From an uncultured virus (IMG/VR IMGVR_UViG_2541047320_000011) (taxonomy: Duplodnaviria > Heunggongvirae > Uroviricota > Caudoviricetes): 64,000 bases of DNA. Under the pieces are notes generated by a model. That model did no database searches and was not told the origin of the DNA. It worked only from the letters and a program-made list of their open reading frames with translations. Every line of letters begins with the position of its first letter. Position 1 is the stretch's first letter. Shown here in pieces: positions 41,202 through 51,234 of the stretch. The position numbers were made by a program, and so were the translations under genes. The stretch is from positions 1-64,000 of IMG/VR virus record IMGVR_UViG_2541047320_000011, one strand, 5' to 3'.

Positions 41202-42173
41202 TTATTGTATCTTATACATGCCAAATTTAGATGCCACAACAACTCCTAGATGCATTTTTCTTGACATGAACATTTCTATTTGTTGGTCATCTCTAACTGT
41301 TCCATCAGTATTTTCTATTATCAATGTGTCACCTTCAAAACCTAATTTAATTATCTTCTCATCATTTGGTATAACATATAAAATATTATTGCTTAATGCC
41401 CATTTATCTCTCTCAACATCATAATAATTAGGTAATTCTATTACAGGTGTTCCACTAAAGTTTTTAACATATCCAAAGTTTCTCTTGTCATCTTTATCTA
41501 AGTCAGCTCCAACACCTTCTATATTTCCTACTGCCTCTGGAGTTCCATATATAGCTACAGATTGTCCAGTAGCACCTTTGACCTTGTTAACTATTTTCTT
41601 TAAGTCTCTATCTGAATAAGCAGCACTAGTTTTTAAATTAGTATGTACAGATGTATAAGCTCCTTCCATAGTAGATGCTATTGCCTCTGCTATATGATGT
41701 TGGAATGTAGAAGATACTCTATCTACCATTTCAGACCAGTCTATTCTTCCAGTTATAAATCTATCAAATTCTTCATATATAGCAATTGCTAATTTAAATG
41801 CAGATGTAGGAACTTTTTTCTCTAATAATCTTTGTCTTCTTGTACTATTTTTACCTTCAGCTATATTTGCAATCCTTAATAAATCAGTATTTTTGACTGT
41901 AAATTCTTTTTTATTACCTAAATCAAAGTTTTCTACATCACAAAAATCTGAAAATGCCTCTTCAGTTAATCTATTTACTTTATCAGTTATTGTTTCAGAT
42001 AATATTTGGAATATCTTATATTTATTTTCAAAGAACGTATATTGTCCCCATTTACCTCCGCATATATCTATTATTTCTTTTCTTAATGCATCTTCACATT
42101 GAGCATAATTTTTTACTTTTCCATTTAATATATCATTTGATAAATCTTTTAATGCTATTATATCTATAGCCAT
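41202..42173 (-). CDS. Major capsid protein
   Basis: ~323 aa from MAIDII (RBS GAAAGGTGG); SPbeta YonB-like position. Confidence 0.75.
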   Translation of the reverse strand: MAIDIIALKDLSNDILNGKVKNYAQCEDALRKEIIDICGGKWGQYTFFENKYKIFQILSETITDKVNRLTEEAFSDFCDVENFDLGNKKEFTVKNTDLLRIANIAEGKNSTRRQRLLEKKVPTSAFKLAIAIYEEFDRFITGRIDWSEMVDRVSSTFQHHIAEAIASTMEGAYTSVHTNLKTSAAYSDRDLKKIVNKVKGATGQSVAIYGTPEAVGNIEGVGADLDKDDKRNFGYVKNFSGTPVIELPNYYDVERDKWALSNNILYVIPNDEKIIKLGFEGDTLIIENTDGTVRDDQQIEMFMSRKMHLGVVVASKFGMYKIQ

Positions 42174-42242
42174 CTTTTTTCCACCTTTCATTAGTCATTT
42201 TTTGCATAAAAAAAGAACTGTTTCCAGTTCATCTATTTGTTA

Positions 42243-42701
42243 TTACATAAAAGATACATATACAGACTCTTGTCCATTAAAGTTATACAATTCCTCAACT
42301 CTTGCAACTACTGAACCTGTAGTTTTTTTTGTCAATTTATATGTATCCGCCTTAAGTTCTAATTCATCACCAAGAGCTACTACACCATCAAAATGTTTTT
42401 TAGCTAAAGTCATACATAATCCCTTATGAGGTAATCTAACTCTATCTATTTCACTTGCTTTTAATTCATAATCTCTTTCATCTAATCTTTCATCATATTG
42501 AAGTGCAACACTGTCTAAAATTCCAAATCTACATCCTTCTGTTAATTTTTCTATTTTATAACAATCGTTTCCTAGTTCTGAATCGACTAAACCACCTAAT
42601 GCAACTATAGCACCATTTTCTAGTACATCACTTCCATTTTTTGCTGTTACAACATCTGGGTATTTATCTATATCACAATTTAATATCGCTTTATCTGCCA
42701 T
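42243..42701 (-). CDS. Head decoration / cement protein
   Basis: Start MADKAI after RBS AAGGAG; ENGAIVALG motif; lies between scaffold and capsid genes. Confidence 0.6.
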   Translation of the reverse strand: MADKAILNCDIDKYPDVVTAKNGSDVLENGAIVALGGLVDSELGNDCYKIEKLTEGCRFGILDSVALQYDERLDERDYELKASEIDRVRLPHKGLCMTLAKKHFDGVVALGDELELKADTYKLTKKTTGSVVARVEELYNFNGQESVYVSFM

Positions 42702-42742
42702 TTTTATATCTCCTTTTTTATTTTTTTTCATAAAAATAAACA

Positions 42743-44125
42743 CTACTTATTTGAGTGTTTTCTTAATATTTGTTCATATGATTTTGTATTTTTATTTTCA
42801 TCTTCTAATGTAGATGAATAATTTATTTTTGCTTCTTCAACTATAAGTCCCTTATCTGAATTAAATTTCTTCGTGTTTTCTTTTAACTTAGCATAATCAA
42901 GTAAACTTAACTCTTTTCTTAAGTCCTCTAAAGATATCTCTTTATTTATAGCAGATTCTTTAAAAGTCTTAATTTCCTCTTCTGTTAAAGAATTAAATTC
43001 TGAGATAACACTAGAAACTTCTACTTTATATTCTTCCATTTCTTTGTCAGCCTTAAATTTTCTTAAACTTTCCAACTCTTCAGTCAGATTTTTTATTTCA
43101 ATCTCTTTTTCATTAAACTTTTCAAGGACTAATTCTTTTAAAGTATCTTCTTTAGAAAAAGTTTCTATAACTTCTCCTTCTTTTTTCTCTCTCCATTCTT
43201 CTATATATGATTTTCTGTTTTCATAATCTAAAACAACATCATCTCCATCTATAGAATATGGTACACCATAATAGTTACAATAATTTATATTATCTTCTAA
43301 TATAGCTATTTTTTCTTCAGGGAGAATAGTTCTTAAATAATATTCTCTAGTTGTGTATTTACCTCCCCAGTAAGGGTCTTCAACCTCAACCATCTTATTT
43401 TTTAATTGACTATTAATAGAAATTTTTATATTTTCTGTTGATAGTCCATAGTTTTTCTTTTTATCCAATACATTTTCCTCCTTTCCTTTAAACGAATACA
43501 TTTCTTTACAAATATCATAAATTGCTTTTTTATATTTTGAAAAATTACTATATGAACTTATAGATGCCCCTTCGATTCCAGGAGCAACATCGTCTCCTAA
43601 AATAGTAATTCCTAAAAAACTAAATTTTTTAATATTATAATATCCATCTGCTTTATCAACTTCTCCATCTTCAACTGCTATTTCCATACTTACACTTTTT
43701 GACTTTGACTCTGTCAATAATTGATATGCTGAATTAGAATAATGCTTCCAAATAAGTCCTGTACAGTTCAGATATGTCTTTCCATCTTCTTCTGTGTAAG
43801 TTATTTCAGTATTATTTGGAATCACACCAAGCGGTCTTTCTAAGAATTTATACTCTATAGAATAACCATCTTCATCCTTTACAACTTTAGTTATCATGTT
43901 ATGCTCGTCAAAATCTATCGCATTTTCTTCATTATCATATTTTATATATCCAAGTATTGGTATATCTGATAAAGTTGATTCTGCATTATTTATAGTCGAT
44001 AAATCAAACTTAGTTTTATTTAAATTTTTACCTTCATGTAAAATCTTTAATTTCACATTTAATTTTCTATCATCTTCTTCATTAGAAAATGTCTCAAATC
44101 TACATGGAATACTAACTACTTTCAA
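42743..44125 (-). CDS. Prohead protease-scaffold protein
   Basis: HEGKNLN, SVSMEI and LG...PGIEGA motifs; coiled-coil C-terminus. Confidence 0.7.
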   Translation of the reverse strand: MKVVSIPCRFETFSNEEDDRKLNVKLKILHEGKNLNKTKFDLSTINNAESTLSDIPILGYIKYDNEENAIDFDEHNMITKVVKDEDGYSIEYKFLERPLGVIPNNTEITYTEEDGKTYLNCTGLIWKHYSNSAYQLLTESKSKSVSMEIAVEDGEVDKADGYYNIKKFSFLGITILGDDVAPGIEGASISSYSNFSKYKKAIYDICKEMYSFKGKEENVLDKKKNYGLSTENIKISINSQLKNKMVEVEDPYWGGKYTTREYYLRTILPEEKIAILEDNINYCNYYGVPYSIDGDDVVLDYENRKSYIEEWREKKEGEVIETFSKEDTLKELVLEKFNEKEIEIKNLTEELESLRKFKADKEMEEYKVEVSSVISEFNSLTEEEIKTFKESAINKEISLEDLRKELSLLDYAKLKENTKKFNSDKGLIVEEAKINYSSTLEDENKNTKSYEQILRKHSNK

Positions 44126-44137
44126 CTTCTCACCTCC

Positions 44138-44341
44138 TTAAATAAACATTACATCGCTAAAACCTATATCTTTAAAATCTTCCTTACTAAAATTAAGTAT
44201 TTCAGTAGGTTTATTTTCAAATAAATAAAATGATTCTTCTCCACATTTATTTTTGTTAATAAAAGCAAATCCTTTTTTCATTAATTCGTCTTTTTTATCA
44301 CTTGTAAATGCAATAATAAACCTTTTATTATTTGTTTTCAT
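44138..44341 (-). CDS. Small hypothetical protein, 67 aa
   Basis: MKTNNKRFIIAFTSDKKDELMKKGF; overlaps the portal stop. Confidence 0.6.
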   Translation of the reverse strand: MKTNNKRFIIAFTSDKKDELMKKGFAFINKNKCGEESFYLFENKPTEILNFSKEDFKDIGFSDVMFI

Positions 44342-45812
44342 CTTTTCTATCTGTTTTATTTCCATTTGTCCCACCATCACCTTTGTCTTCATTAGTAGGT
44401 CTTCCAGCATCATTATTTGAAAATGTATATGAAGCCTGTTTAACTGGCAACAAATCATCTATCTCCATTAATTGTTCTGCCTTATATAAATTAGCAATTT
44501 CAATTGGTTCTTTTCCAGTACTAGCTAAATATACTAGCCTACTATCTCCCACACTATTTATATTTTCTCTAAGTTGTTGTGATATTTTAGATTGGTTAAA
44601 ATAAGTTGTACCGACAAAGTAAAGTTGAAATGCTTTTGATGAGTTCTTTTCATTTAGTTCATAATTTATCCATGTCTCTATTTCATTTTGAATCCTCATT
44701 GGTATTAAACTATCTGCTATGACACCATCTGCAATTGATTCTGTATTTATTTTATCTGAGTTAAAAAGAGCTGTATTAATTCCAGCATTATCAAATATAA
44801 ATTCTTTTGCTTCTTTAACATAATCATTAATCTTTGATTTTCCATCACTTAGATTAATTCCTTCCATATCTAGTGGAGTAACTGCTACAGACGTACCAGC
44901 TGGTAAGTTTGATTTTATATCATGGTAGTAAGCACTTAATAAATCAAAAGCAACTAGTGGCTCACCATCTTTACCATAAGGAACTTTCCCATGTATTAAC
45001 TTAATACTTTCAATGATAGCATTAGAACCCTTTAAATCTTTCATATCTTCAAGTTCCAGGATATCATCAAATAAAAAGCTAAAAAATGGTATTCCTTTTG
45101 TCGAATCAACGTCTATATTAAATGCCACAGCATTATCACTTAATTCATAATACTTATTTTCTATTAAGTCTTCTTTTTTTAATCTTCCATCATTCAATTT
45201 TTTATATGCTTCTTGAACTTCTACTGGAAATGCCGATAAAGTCTTCCTATTTATTTTTCTTAAATCAATTCCATACCTTAATACTCCATTTACTTTGGAT
45301 GTTATTGTACAATAAGAGGCTGGTATTTGTTGCATCATTATGCATTTTGAATCTTCAATTTTATATAGATATATTTCTCCTTGTTCTAACACTTTTTCAG
45401 TTATCCAAGGACAAATATGTTTAAGTTGATATTTTTTTAGAAGTGCAGCTGATTTAAAAAAAGAGTCGACATAATCATTTTTATCTTTAAATTTAGAAAT
45501 ATTTATTGGTATAATATAATGGTCAAATGTATTCATGGTTGAAATCATATTTAGAATTCTTTTATATGTACCAGATGTTTCTTTAAGTAAAAGACTTACC
45601 TTTTGTAGTAATTCTACATTTTTGTAAGGGTCTGTCATAGCTTTTCTTACTTGGTCTCTACTTATATTTCTTATCTTATACATTTCATTTGATAGATTTA
45701 TAGTATTTTCTATCATTGCATAATTTCTTTGTCTTAATTGTTCATTTAAGTACTTTATTTGGTCTAAAGTATAATCTTTTTTATCTCCTTTGAGTTCTAT
45801 TATGGTTTCCAC
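44328..45812 (-). CDS. Portal protein (true start possibly ATA at 45803)
   Basis: Follows terL; ~490 aa; GIPFF and AGRPT motifs. Confidence 0.75.
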   Translation of the reverse strand: METIIELKGDKKDYTLDQIKYLNEQLRQRNYAMIENTINLSNEMYKIRNISRDQVRKAMTDPYKNVELLQKVSLLLKETSGTYKRILNMISTMNTFDHYIIPINISKFKDKNDYVDSFFKSAALLKKYQLKHICPWITEKVLEQGEIYLYKIEDSKCIMMQQIPASYCTITSKVNGVLRYGIDLRKINRKTLSAFPVEVQEAYKKLNDGRLKKEDLIENKYYELSDNAVAFNIDVDSTKGIPFFSFLFDDILELEDMKDLKGSNAIIESIKLIHGKVPYGKDGEPLVAFDLLSAYYHDIKSNLPAGTSVAVTPLDMEGINLSDGKSKINDYVKEAKEFIFDNAGINTALFNSDKINTESIADGVIADSLIPMRIQNEIETWINYELNEKNSSKAFQLYFVGTTYFNQSKISQQLRENINSVGDSRLVYLASTGKEPIEIANLYKAEQLMEIDDLLPVKQASYTFSNNDAGRPTNEDKGDGGTNGNKTDRKDENK

Positions 45813-47556
45813 CTCCTGACCAGAATGAAATTATTTGTCCACTGTTCTTACTATTTCTCTTTTTTAATTCTCCATCTAGTAAATTTGCTAGATAATTTCC
45901 ATATGCTAAGGAAGAATATCTATCTTTCCTTGCTTTTCCCTTTTCTTTGACCTTAAGCCACTTTTGACCATCATTTTTAACAGTTTCTAAGTTTATTAAT
46001 TCGTTTACAAGTAATGTAGTTTGTTTGTATGGTAATATCATTCTCGCTTGGTCTGTATAATTTTTCTTTGCATATCCAGATGTACTACTTAACATGTCAT
46101 TAGCTTCTACATCATTTATAGGTAACTTTATTCTATTTTTTAGAAATACATCAAGTAAGCCAATTATACAATCATGATTTATTTGTCCATATGCCTTAAT
46201 CTCAAATATAACTGGATAATTCTCTTTTGAAACAAAATTATTGTGTAAATGATTTGTATTAGCATGAGAAAATGCATTATATTCTTTATTTCTAGCATCA
46301 TCATAATTAACCCTAAGTAAATCAGATAAAACACTTTGGCCTACCCCTTGAGTATCTATAACTAAGAAATCTGCTTCAAAATCAAAGAATAATTGTTTTA
46401 ATCTTATTGCTTGTTTGTCTGGCTTCATACCATTATGAGATTCTATATGAACAACCATTCTTTCATAATAATCTTTTTCAGGCAATAATCTCCAACATGT
46501 ATACACTGAGTTATCATTATTGTCACCTTCTGCAACAGCAATGTCAGCAGAAATTATTCTTAGTTCACCTTTTCTTTTCTGTAAATTACACTTAACTTTT
46601 CCATTTTTAGATGATAATACTTCTAAATCTGTTGGAGGATAAAATGGATTTTTTAATGTTCTACATGGATTCACATAAGATGATTTAAATATAGCATCTT
46701 CATTTTCTCCAAAGAAAAGTGATTCCATCTCCATAATCCAAGAAACGGCATCCATTTCTCTTTTCATTTCATCTGCTCTCTCTTTATCTAATATTCCATG
46801 ATGAAGAGAAAGTTTATAATTACAATTAAGTACAAATTTATCTCTACCATCTATCATATCTTTTACATACAATTTAAATTTGTCATATGCTTCATGCATC
46901 CTAAACCATGCACTACTTAAATATAATTCTTTATTAGGCTCTGGAGGGTAATCTTCATATTTTCCATCTTTTTTAAACTTTAGATTTCTACTTACATTTA
47001 AAAATGGTTTAAGAATTCTATCTTGTATTTCTTTTTTTACCAATCTAAACTCATCTACAATAAGAATATTGAAACGGAAACCTCTTGATTGCTCATTTGA
47101 TACTATAGCTTCTATAGTGCTTCCATTATGAAATGTTACTTTAGAAAATTTGTTATTATATTCTATTTTTTTTATCTCTCTAGCTAACATAGGAGATTGT
47201 TTTACTAATTCTTTTTCTATCTTTTCTCTTATAATAAGTTCTGCTTGTGATTTAGTAAGTGCAGCTATACCAATTTTAGAATTTGGATATAAAACAGCTC
47301 TACAACATGCATATACAGCAGCAATCCAGCTCTTTGCAAACCCTCTGGCACATATAAGCATCGCATAATTACATTCATCAAACATATATATAAGAATAAT
47401 TTGAACTAAATATAAATTAAGACCAAAATAATCAATACAAAATCTATGTGGATTTTCTCTATAGAACTTAGTCCATTCAATTATTCCTTCTTCAAGAGCT
47501 TTATTTTTATCTGAGTTAATTTCGTTATTATTTAGCTTTCTAGTCTTGGTCATCAT
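45781..47556 (-). CDS. terL: Terminase large subunit
   Basis: Walker A ARGFAKS; Walker B ILIVDE; RNase H-like ISADIA...KDRYSS. Confidence 0.9.
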   Translation of the reverse strand: MMTKTRKLNNNEINSDKNKALEEGIIEWTKFYRENPHRFCIDYFGLNLYLVQIILIYMFDECNYAMLICARGFAKSWIAAVYACCRAVLYPNSKIGIAALTKSQAELIIREKIEKELVKQSPMLAREIKKIEYNNKFSKVTFHNGSTIEAIVSNEQSRGFRFNILIVDEFRLVKKEIQDRILKPFLNVSRNLKFKKDGKYEDYPPEPNKELYLSSAWFRMHEAYDKFKLYVKDMIDGRDKFVLNCNYKLSLHHGILDKERADEMKREMDAVSWIMEMESLFFGENEDAIFKSSYVNPCRTLKNPFYPPTDLEVLSSKNGKVKCNLQKRKGELRIISADIAVAEGDNNDNSVYTCWRLLPEKDYYERMVVHIESHNGMKPDKQAIRLKQLFFDFEADFLVIDTQGVGQSVLSDLLRVNYDDARNKEYNAFSHANTNHLHNNFVSKENYPVIFEIKAYGQINHDCIIGLLDVFLKNRIKLPINDVEANDMLSSTSGYAKKNYTDQARMILPYKQTTLLVNELINLETVKNDGQKWLKVKEKGKARKDRYSSLAYGNYLANLLDGELKKRNSKNSGQIISFWSGGGNHNRTQRR

Positions 47557-48400
47557 TTGGATTATCCTCACTAGCTAAATCAAATACTTTTCTCATTTGT
47601 CCTATAAACCACTTATTAATATATGTTTTTATTTTATCTACATCTTTAAATTGTTCTGAAGGCTCTCCTATAGGTCTGTAATTTTCTATTTTATCAATCC
47701 ATGTACCCCATGTAATAGTTTCATTTTCTGCTAAACTTGCTTCTTGAATAGGTTTTATATTTGCATCATTCATAAGCTTTGATATTAAGGTATTCATTTT
47801 TTCAAACCCTGTAGCATCACCATTTCTTAGAGCTTCATCACTCTTTAGTAAACATTTAGAGATTTGTTCTAATAACATCTTTTCAGCAGGTCTTTTACAT
47901 TGATATGCCATAGAAAACTCATTAAATTTATTTTCTAAAAACATATAGTCTTCTTTTCTTAGTCCTGCTCCCCATCTTTCAACCATATCATTATTTATTT
48001 TTATTTCATTTAATTTAAAATCAGAATCAATATCATCTTCAACTGGATTTTTTGAATTAATATTATCAAGACTTGATTTACTCACATATCTAGCATTTGC
48101 TTTAGTTTTCATGTACTCGCCTAACCATTTAGATTTTCCTTTGTTTTCCTTGTTAATACATGCATTATATAAGTCTTCATCATAATAAACATCTAACATT
48201 ACAAATAGTCTCTTTGCTGCTATTTTTTTATCCCCAGCATACTTGTAAACTAATTCATCATACAATTCTTCAACACAATTTTTGCACATAGGAAAAGTAC
48301 TCAAGCTCTTATGTAATTTACTAGAGCTACTATAAAAATCTCTTGCTGCTGACTTTTCTTCTCCACAACAAGAACATTTGATTTTACCTTTTCTAGCCAA
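47540..48400 (-). CDS. Putative terminase small subunit with N-terminal Cys4 zinc site
   Basis: CSCC...CKNC; immediately upstream of terL. Confidence 0.55.
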   Translation of the reverse strand: MARKGKIKCSCCGEEKSAARDFYSSSSKLHKSLSTFPMCKNCVEELYDELVYKYAGDKKIAAKRLFVMLDVYYDEDLYNACINKENKGKSKWLGEYMKTKANARYVSKSSLDNINSKNPVEDDIDSDFKLNEIKINNDMVERWGAGLRKEDYMFLENKFNEFSMAYQCKRPAEKMLLEQISKCLLKSDEALRNGDATGFEKMNTLISKLMNDANIKPIQEASLAENETITWGTWIDKIENYRPIGEPSEQFKDVDKIKTYINKWFIGQMRKVFDLASEDNPNDDQD

Positions 48401-48542
48401 CTTATCACTCTCCTTTTGAGATGAAAAAAGAGAGGTCAGTATGAAACCGACCTCAGAAGGGAGATTGAATTTAGCCCATTAAAGGACTAATACCATATCA
48501 TAATGATGGAATATTATTGTATTAGTCCTTTAATAATTAGCT

Positions 48543-49736
48543 CTATTTAAGCTTAATATTATAAGTACATAATCTTCCATCATCATTAAATATCATTAAT
48601 TTTTGCATTGTATATGAACTTAATCTTAGATTCTTAGCATATGTATCTGTTCCAGAAAAACTTCCATTTACAATAATTTCACTTTCTCCATAACTATCTT
48701 CTTTACAATTGTGTAGATGAGCCATGAAAATATAATCAGGAATTGATTTTATAAGAGATGTTAATTTAGGAATTGCTGTAGACATTTTATCTTTATCTCC
48801 ATGTACTGCAAAACATGTATTTCCACATATTTTAGCAACTATTATGTCATTATCATATATATTCTCTTGAAATATTACATTGTCTAAATTTTTAATTCTT
48901 AGCTTTATATATTCATCTATCAATAGTGTAAAATTATCTTTATCTAAGTTTTCATCTTTCTTTGGAAGAACTCTATCATGATTCCCTCCTACTGAATAAA
49001 CAATAATCTCATTAATTTTTTTAGACAACTCATATATAAATTCACTAAGTATTTCAGACACCTCTATAATTTGTTCAACTATATTTTCTCTATTTTCTAA
49101 TCTTATAGAATTATGTATATGTCCAGAAATCAAATCTCCAAGTAACATTACATGTACTCTCTTAACCTTATGTAACTTACTATATTCAATAATTTTATCT
49201 TTTAAATATTGTATCCTTATCTTGAATATTTCTGAATTATATCTATTAAAAGCATTAATAGTCTCTAATCCATAATGTATATCTGAAATTAGTATAATAG
49301 CCTCTTGATTTGAAGATTCATAGCTTTTGTAACTAGAATCACTTAGAAATGGCTTATGAAGCGATATATCATCTATTTTATTATTAAATAAATCAATTAT
49401 ATTATCTATCCTTGAATATTCTCTTATTTTCTTATTTACTAACGACCTTTCATCAGATAACTGTACTTTCATCTTTTTCAACTCTAATATTTTCTCATTT
49501 ATTTTATCAATCTCTTCTTGAGTAGAATTATCCTGTATCTTAGAATTAAGATAATCAAAAGCCTCTTTCAAGCCATATGAAACTTTCCTACAGTGGTCTG
49601 GCGAACATTCTAATCCTAATAGTTCAACTATCTCTCCCCAATCCAAATCTATTTCTTTATTAGCTTTTGCTAATCGTATTCTAAACCTATAGTCAACCAG
49701 TGACTCATCTTCTTTTTTCTTCAATATGTCTTCCAT
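48543..49736 (-). CDS. Calcineurin-like metallophosphoesterase (SPbeta YonJ-like)
   Basis: SDIHYG, LGDLISG, GNHDR, HGD and AHLH motifs; RBS AGGGAG before ATG at 49736. Confidence 0.85.
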   Translation of the reverse strand: MEDILKKKEDESLVDYRFRIRLAKANKEIDLDWGEIVELLGLECSPDHCRKVSYGLKEAFDYLNSKIQDNSTQEEIDKINEKILELKKMKVQLSDERSLVNKKIREYSRIDNIIDLFNNKIDDISLHKPFLSDSSYKSYESSNQEAIILISDIHYGLETINAFNRYNSEIFKIRIQYLKDKIIEYSKLHKVKRVHVMLLGDLISGHIHNSIRLENRENIVEQIIEVSEILSEFIYELSKKINEIIVYSVGGNHDRVLPKKDENLDKDNFTLLIDEYIKLRIKNLDNVIFQENIYDNDIIVAKICGNTCFAVHGDKDKMSTAIPKLTSLIKSIPDYIFMAHLHNCKEDSYGESEIIVNGSFSGTDTYAKNLRLSSYTMQKLMIFNDDGRLCTYNIKLK

Positions 49737-49812
49737 ATTCAATATCTCCCTATTTTTCACATAAATATCATTATCAATATATTAAGTAAAAAATAAATAG
49801 TCTAATGTTAAT

Positions 49813-50001
49813 TTATTGGACTATTGTTTCACTTAATCTTATCGTTATATTTAAATCTGTTTTTCCAATATACTGGTCAAAAACATCACTAGATAACACT
49901 TCATTATCACCATTTTTTGTATGCTCTATAAATTTATAAGTACCATCTTCTTGTTTTATTACTTCACATTTTTCTAAAATTGTTCCTTTATTATTTTTCA
50001 T
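49813..50001 (-). CDS. YonK-like small protein
   Basis: 62 aa, IEHTKNGD...FDQYIGKT.LNITI; upstream of the YonJ-like gene as in SPbeta. Confidence 0.55.
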   Translation of the reverse strand: MKNNKGTILEKCEVIKQEDGTYKFIEHTKNGDNEVLSSDVFDQYIGKTDLNITIRLSETIVQ

Positions 50002-50052
50002 ATATTTTCTCCTTTATTTTTATATTATATAACTCTACTGGGAATATATTTG

Positions 50053-50347
50053 TTTGCAAATTAGGCAGCCTTGTAGCTAACAATAGCTAATATAAGTTAA
50101 CGCATTTCGCATTTATCAAGGATTTTATATAACTTTTTTATTTTATTTTTGATATTTTAATAATTTAATCTTTTATACTTGAGATTTCACATTTGAATTT
50201 TTAACTTTAAGCTTTATATCCATTATTCTCTTTTATACAGTACAATCGTTTCGTTTGTATGTACCCATCACTTTTATATAAGCAGTTTGATTTTTAACCC
50301 AAAATCAATGGGAACTTATAATTTATGTTATTCGCCTAACCTGCAAA
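50053..50347 (-). ncRNA. Putative structured ncRNA containing a phased heptamer array
   Basis: 14-bp closing helix TTTGCAGGTTAGGC/GCCTAATTTGCAAA, internal helices, and NAARNNT repeats at 50216-50168. Confidence 0.7.
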
Positions 50348-50370
50348 TTAAAAAATAGTCCAATTAAGGA

Positions 50371-50988
50371 CTATTTTAAATCTACATCTATAATTGTAAG
50401 TGCATTTGATGTACTCAATGCAAAATCAACTTCCTTTTCAAATTCTTCTATTTCATTCCTTAACTTTTCTATTTTCTCTCTTACTTTTAAAGGGTCTACT
50501 AAAGACCATTCCTGTTGTTTTTTATAAAATGAAATAAGTTCTGCTCCATCTTTACTTTTTTCTTTTTCCTCAAACATTTTATCTGTATTTCTTTGTACTT
50601 CTTCATTTCTACGATTTACTTCAGACATCATACAATCATAGTTACTAACCATTTGTCTCAACAAGGATTTATCTAATTCTATACTATTCTTTCTTTTTAT
50701 TGCTTCTAAAACCGTATAATTTTTATTAGCAATTTGAACATTTGTTATAGCATTAGAGATATTAATTGCTTTATCTAATGCATTATAATTATATATTAAA
50801 TCTTCTATTTGCTGGTATTTACTTGAAACTTCTACATTAAAATCTTCTACACTTGTTTTTGTTTCATATACATTTTTATCAGAACCTTTTTTAGTACCTA
50901 CAATTTTAAAATTACTAATGCATCTATCTATCTTATCTTCTAATAACTTCTTTTCTGCTAAAGCTTTATGAACATTATATTTAACCAT
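50371..50988 (-). CDS. Helical coiled-coil protein, DIP1984/septicolysin-like family (tentative)
   Basis: ALAEKKLLEDKI...YTVLEAIKRK...EVDFALSTSNALT pattern. Confidence 0.6.
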   Translation of the reverse strand: MVKYNVHKALAEKKLLEDKIDRCISNFKIVGTKKGSDKNVYETKTSVEDFNVEVSSKYQQIEDLIYNYNALDKAINISNAITNVQIANKNYTVLEAIKRKNSIELDKSLLRQMVSNYDCMMSEVNRRNEEVQRNTDKMFEEKEKSKDGAELISFYKKQQEWSLVDPLKVREKIEKLRNEIEEFEKEVDFALSTSNALTIIDVDLK

Positions 50989-51043
50989 AAAAACATCTCC
51001 CTTTTAATTAAAATATTATTTTAAAATAACAAACTCTTTTTAT

Positions 51044-51134
51044 TGGAAGAGAGGAAGGGATTTGAACCCTCGTATCAAATTAATTGAACTAATAGTTTAG
51101 CAAACTATCCTCTTTACCACTTGAGTACCTCTCC
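51044..51134 (-). tRNA. tRNA-Ser (GCT)
   Basis: Cloverleaf with long variable arm; anticodon arm ATAGT-TTGCTAA-ACTAT; encoded CCA. Confidence 0.9.
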
Positions 51135-51139
51135 ATATT

Positions 51140-51216
51140 TGGTAGGAATAATAGGAGTCGAACCTATGACCTTTCGGGTATAAACCGAATGCTCTAACCA
51201 CCTGAGCTATATCCCT
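51140..51216 (-). tRNA. tRNA-Ile (TAT)
   Basis: AGGGATA/TATTCCT acceptor stem; anticodon arm TTCGG-TTTATAC-CCGAA; TTCGA T-loop; A73 then CCA. Confidence 0.9.
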
Positions 51217-51234
51217 TTTGAAAACAAATTTAAA

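Noticed and set aside
50120..50220. Heptamer array as a CRISPR array or coding microsatellite
   Set aside because: Units are 7 nt and degenerate, with no spacers and no ORF
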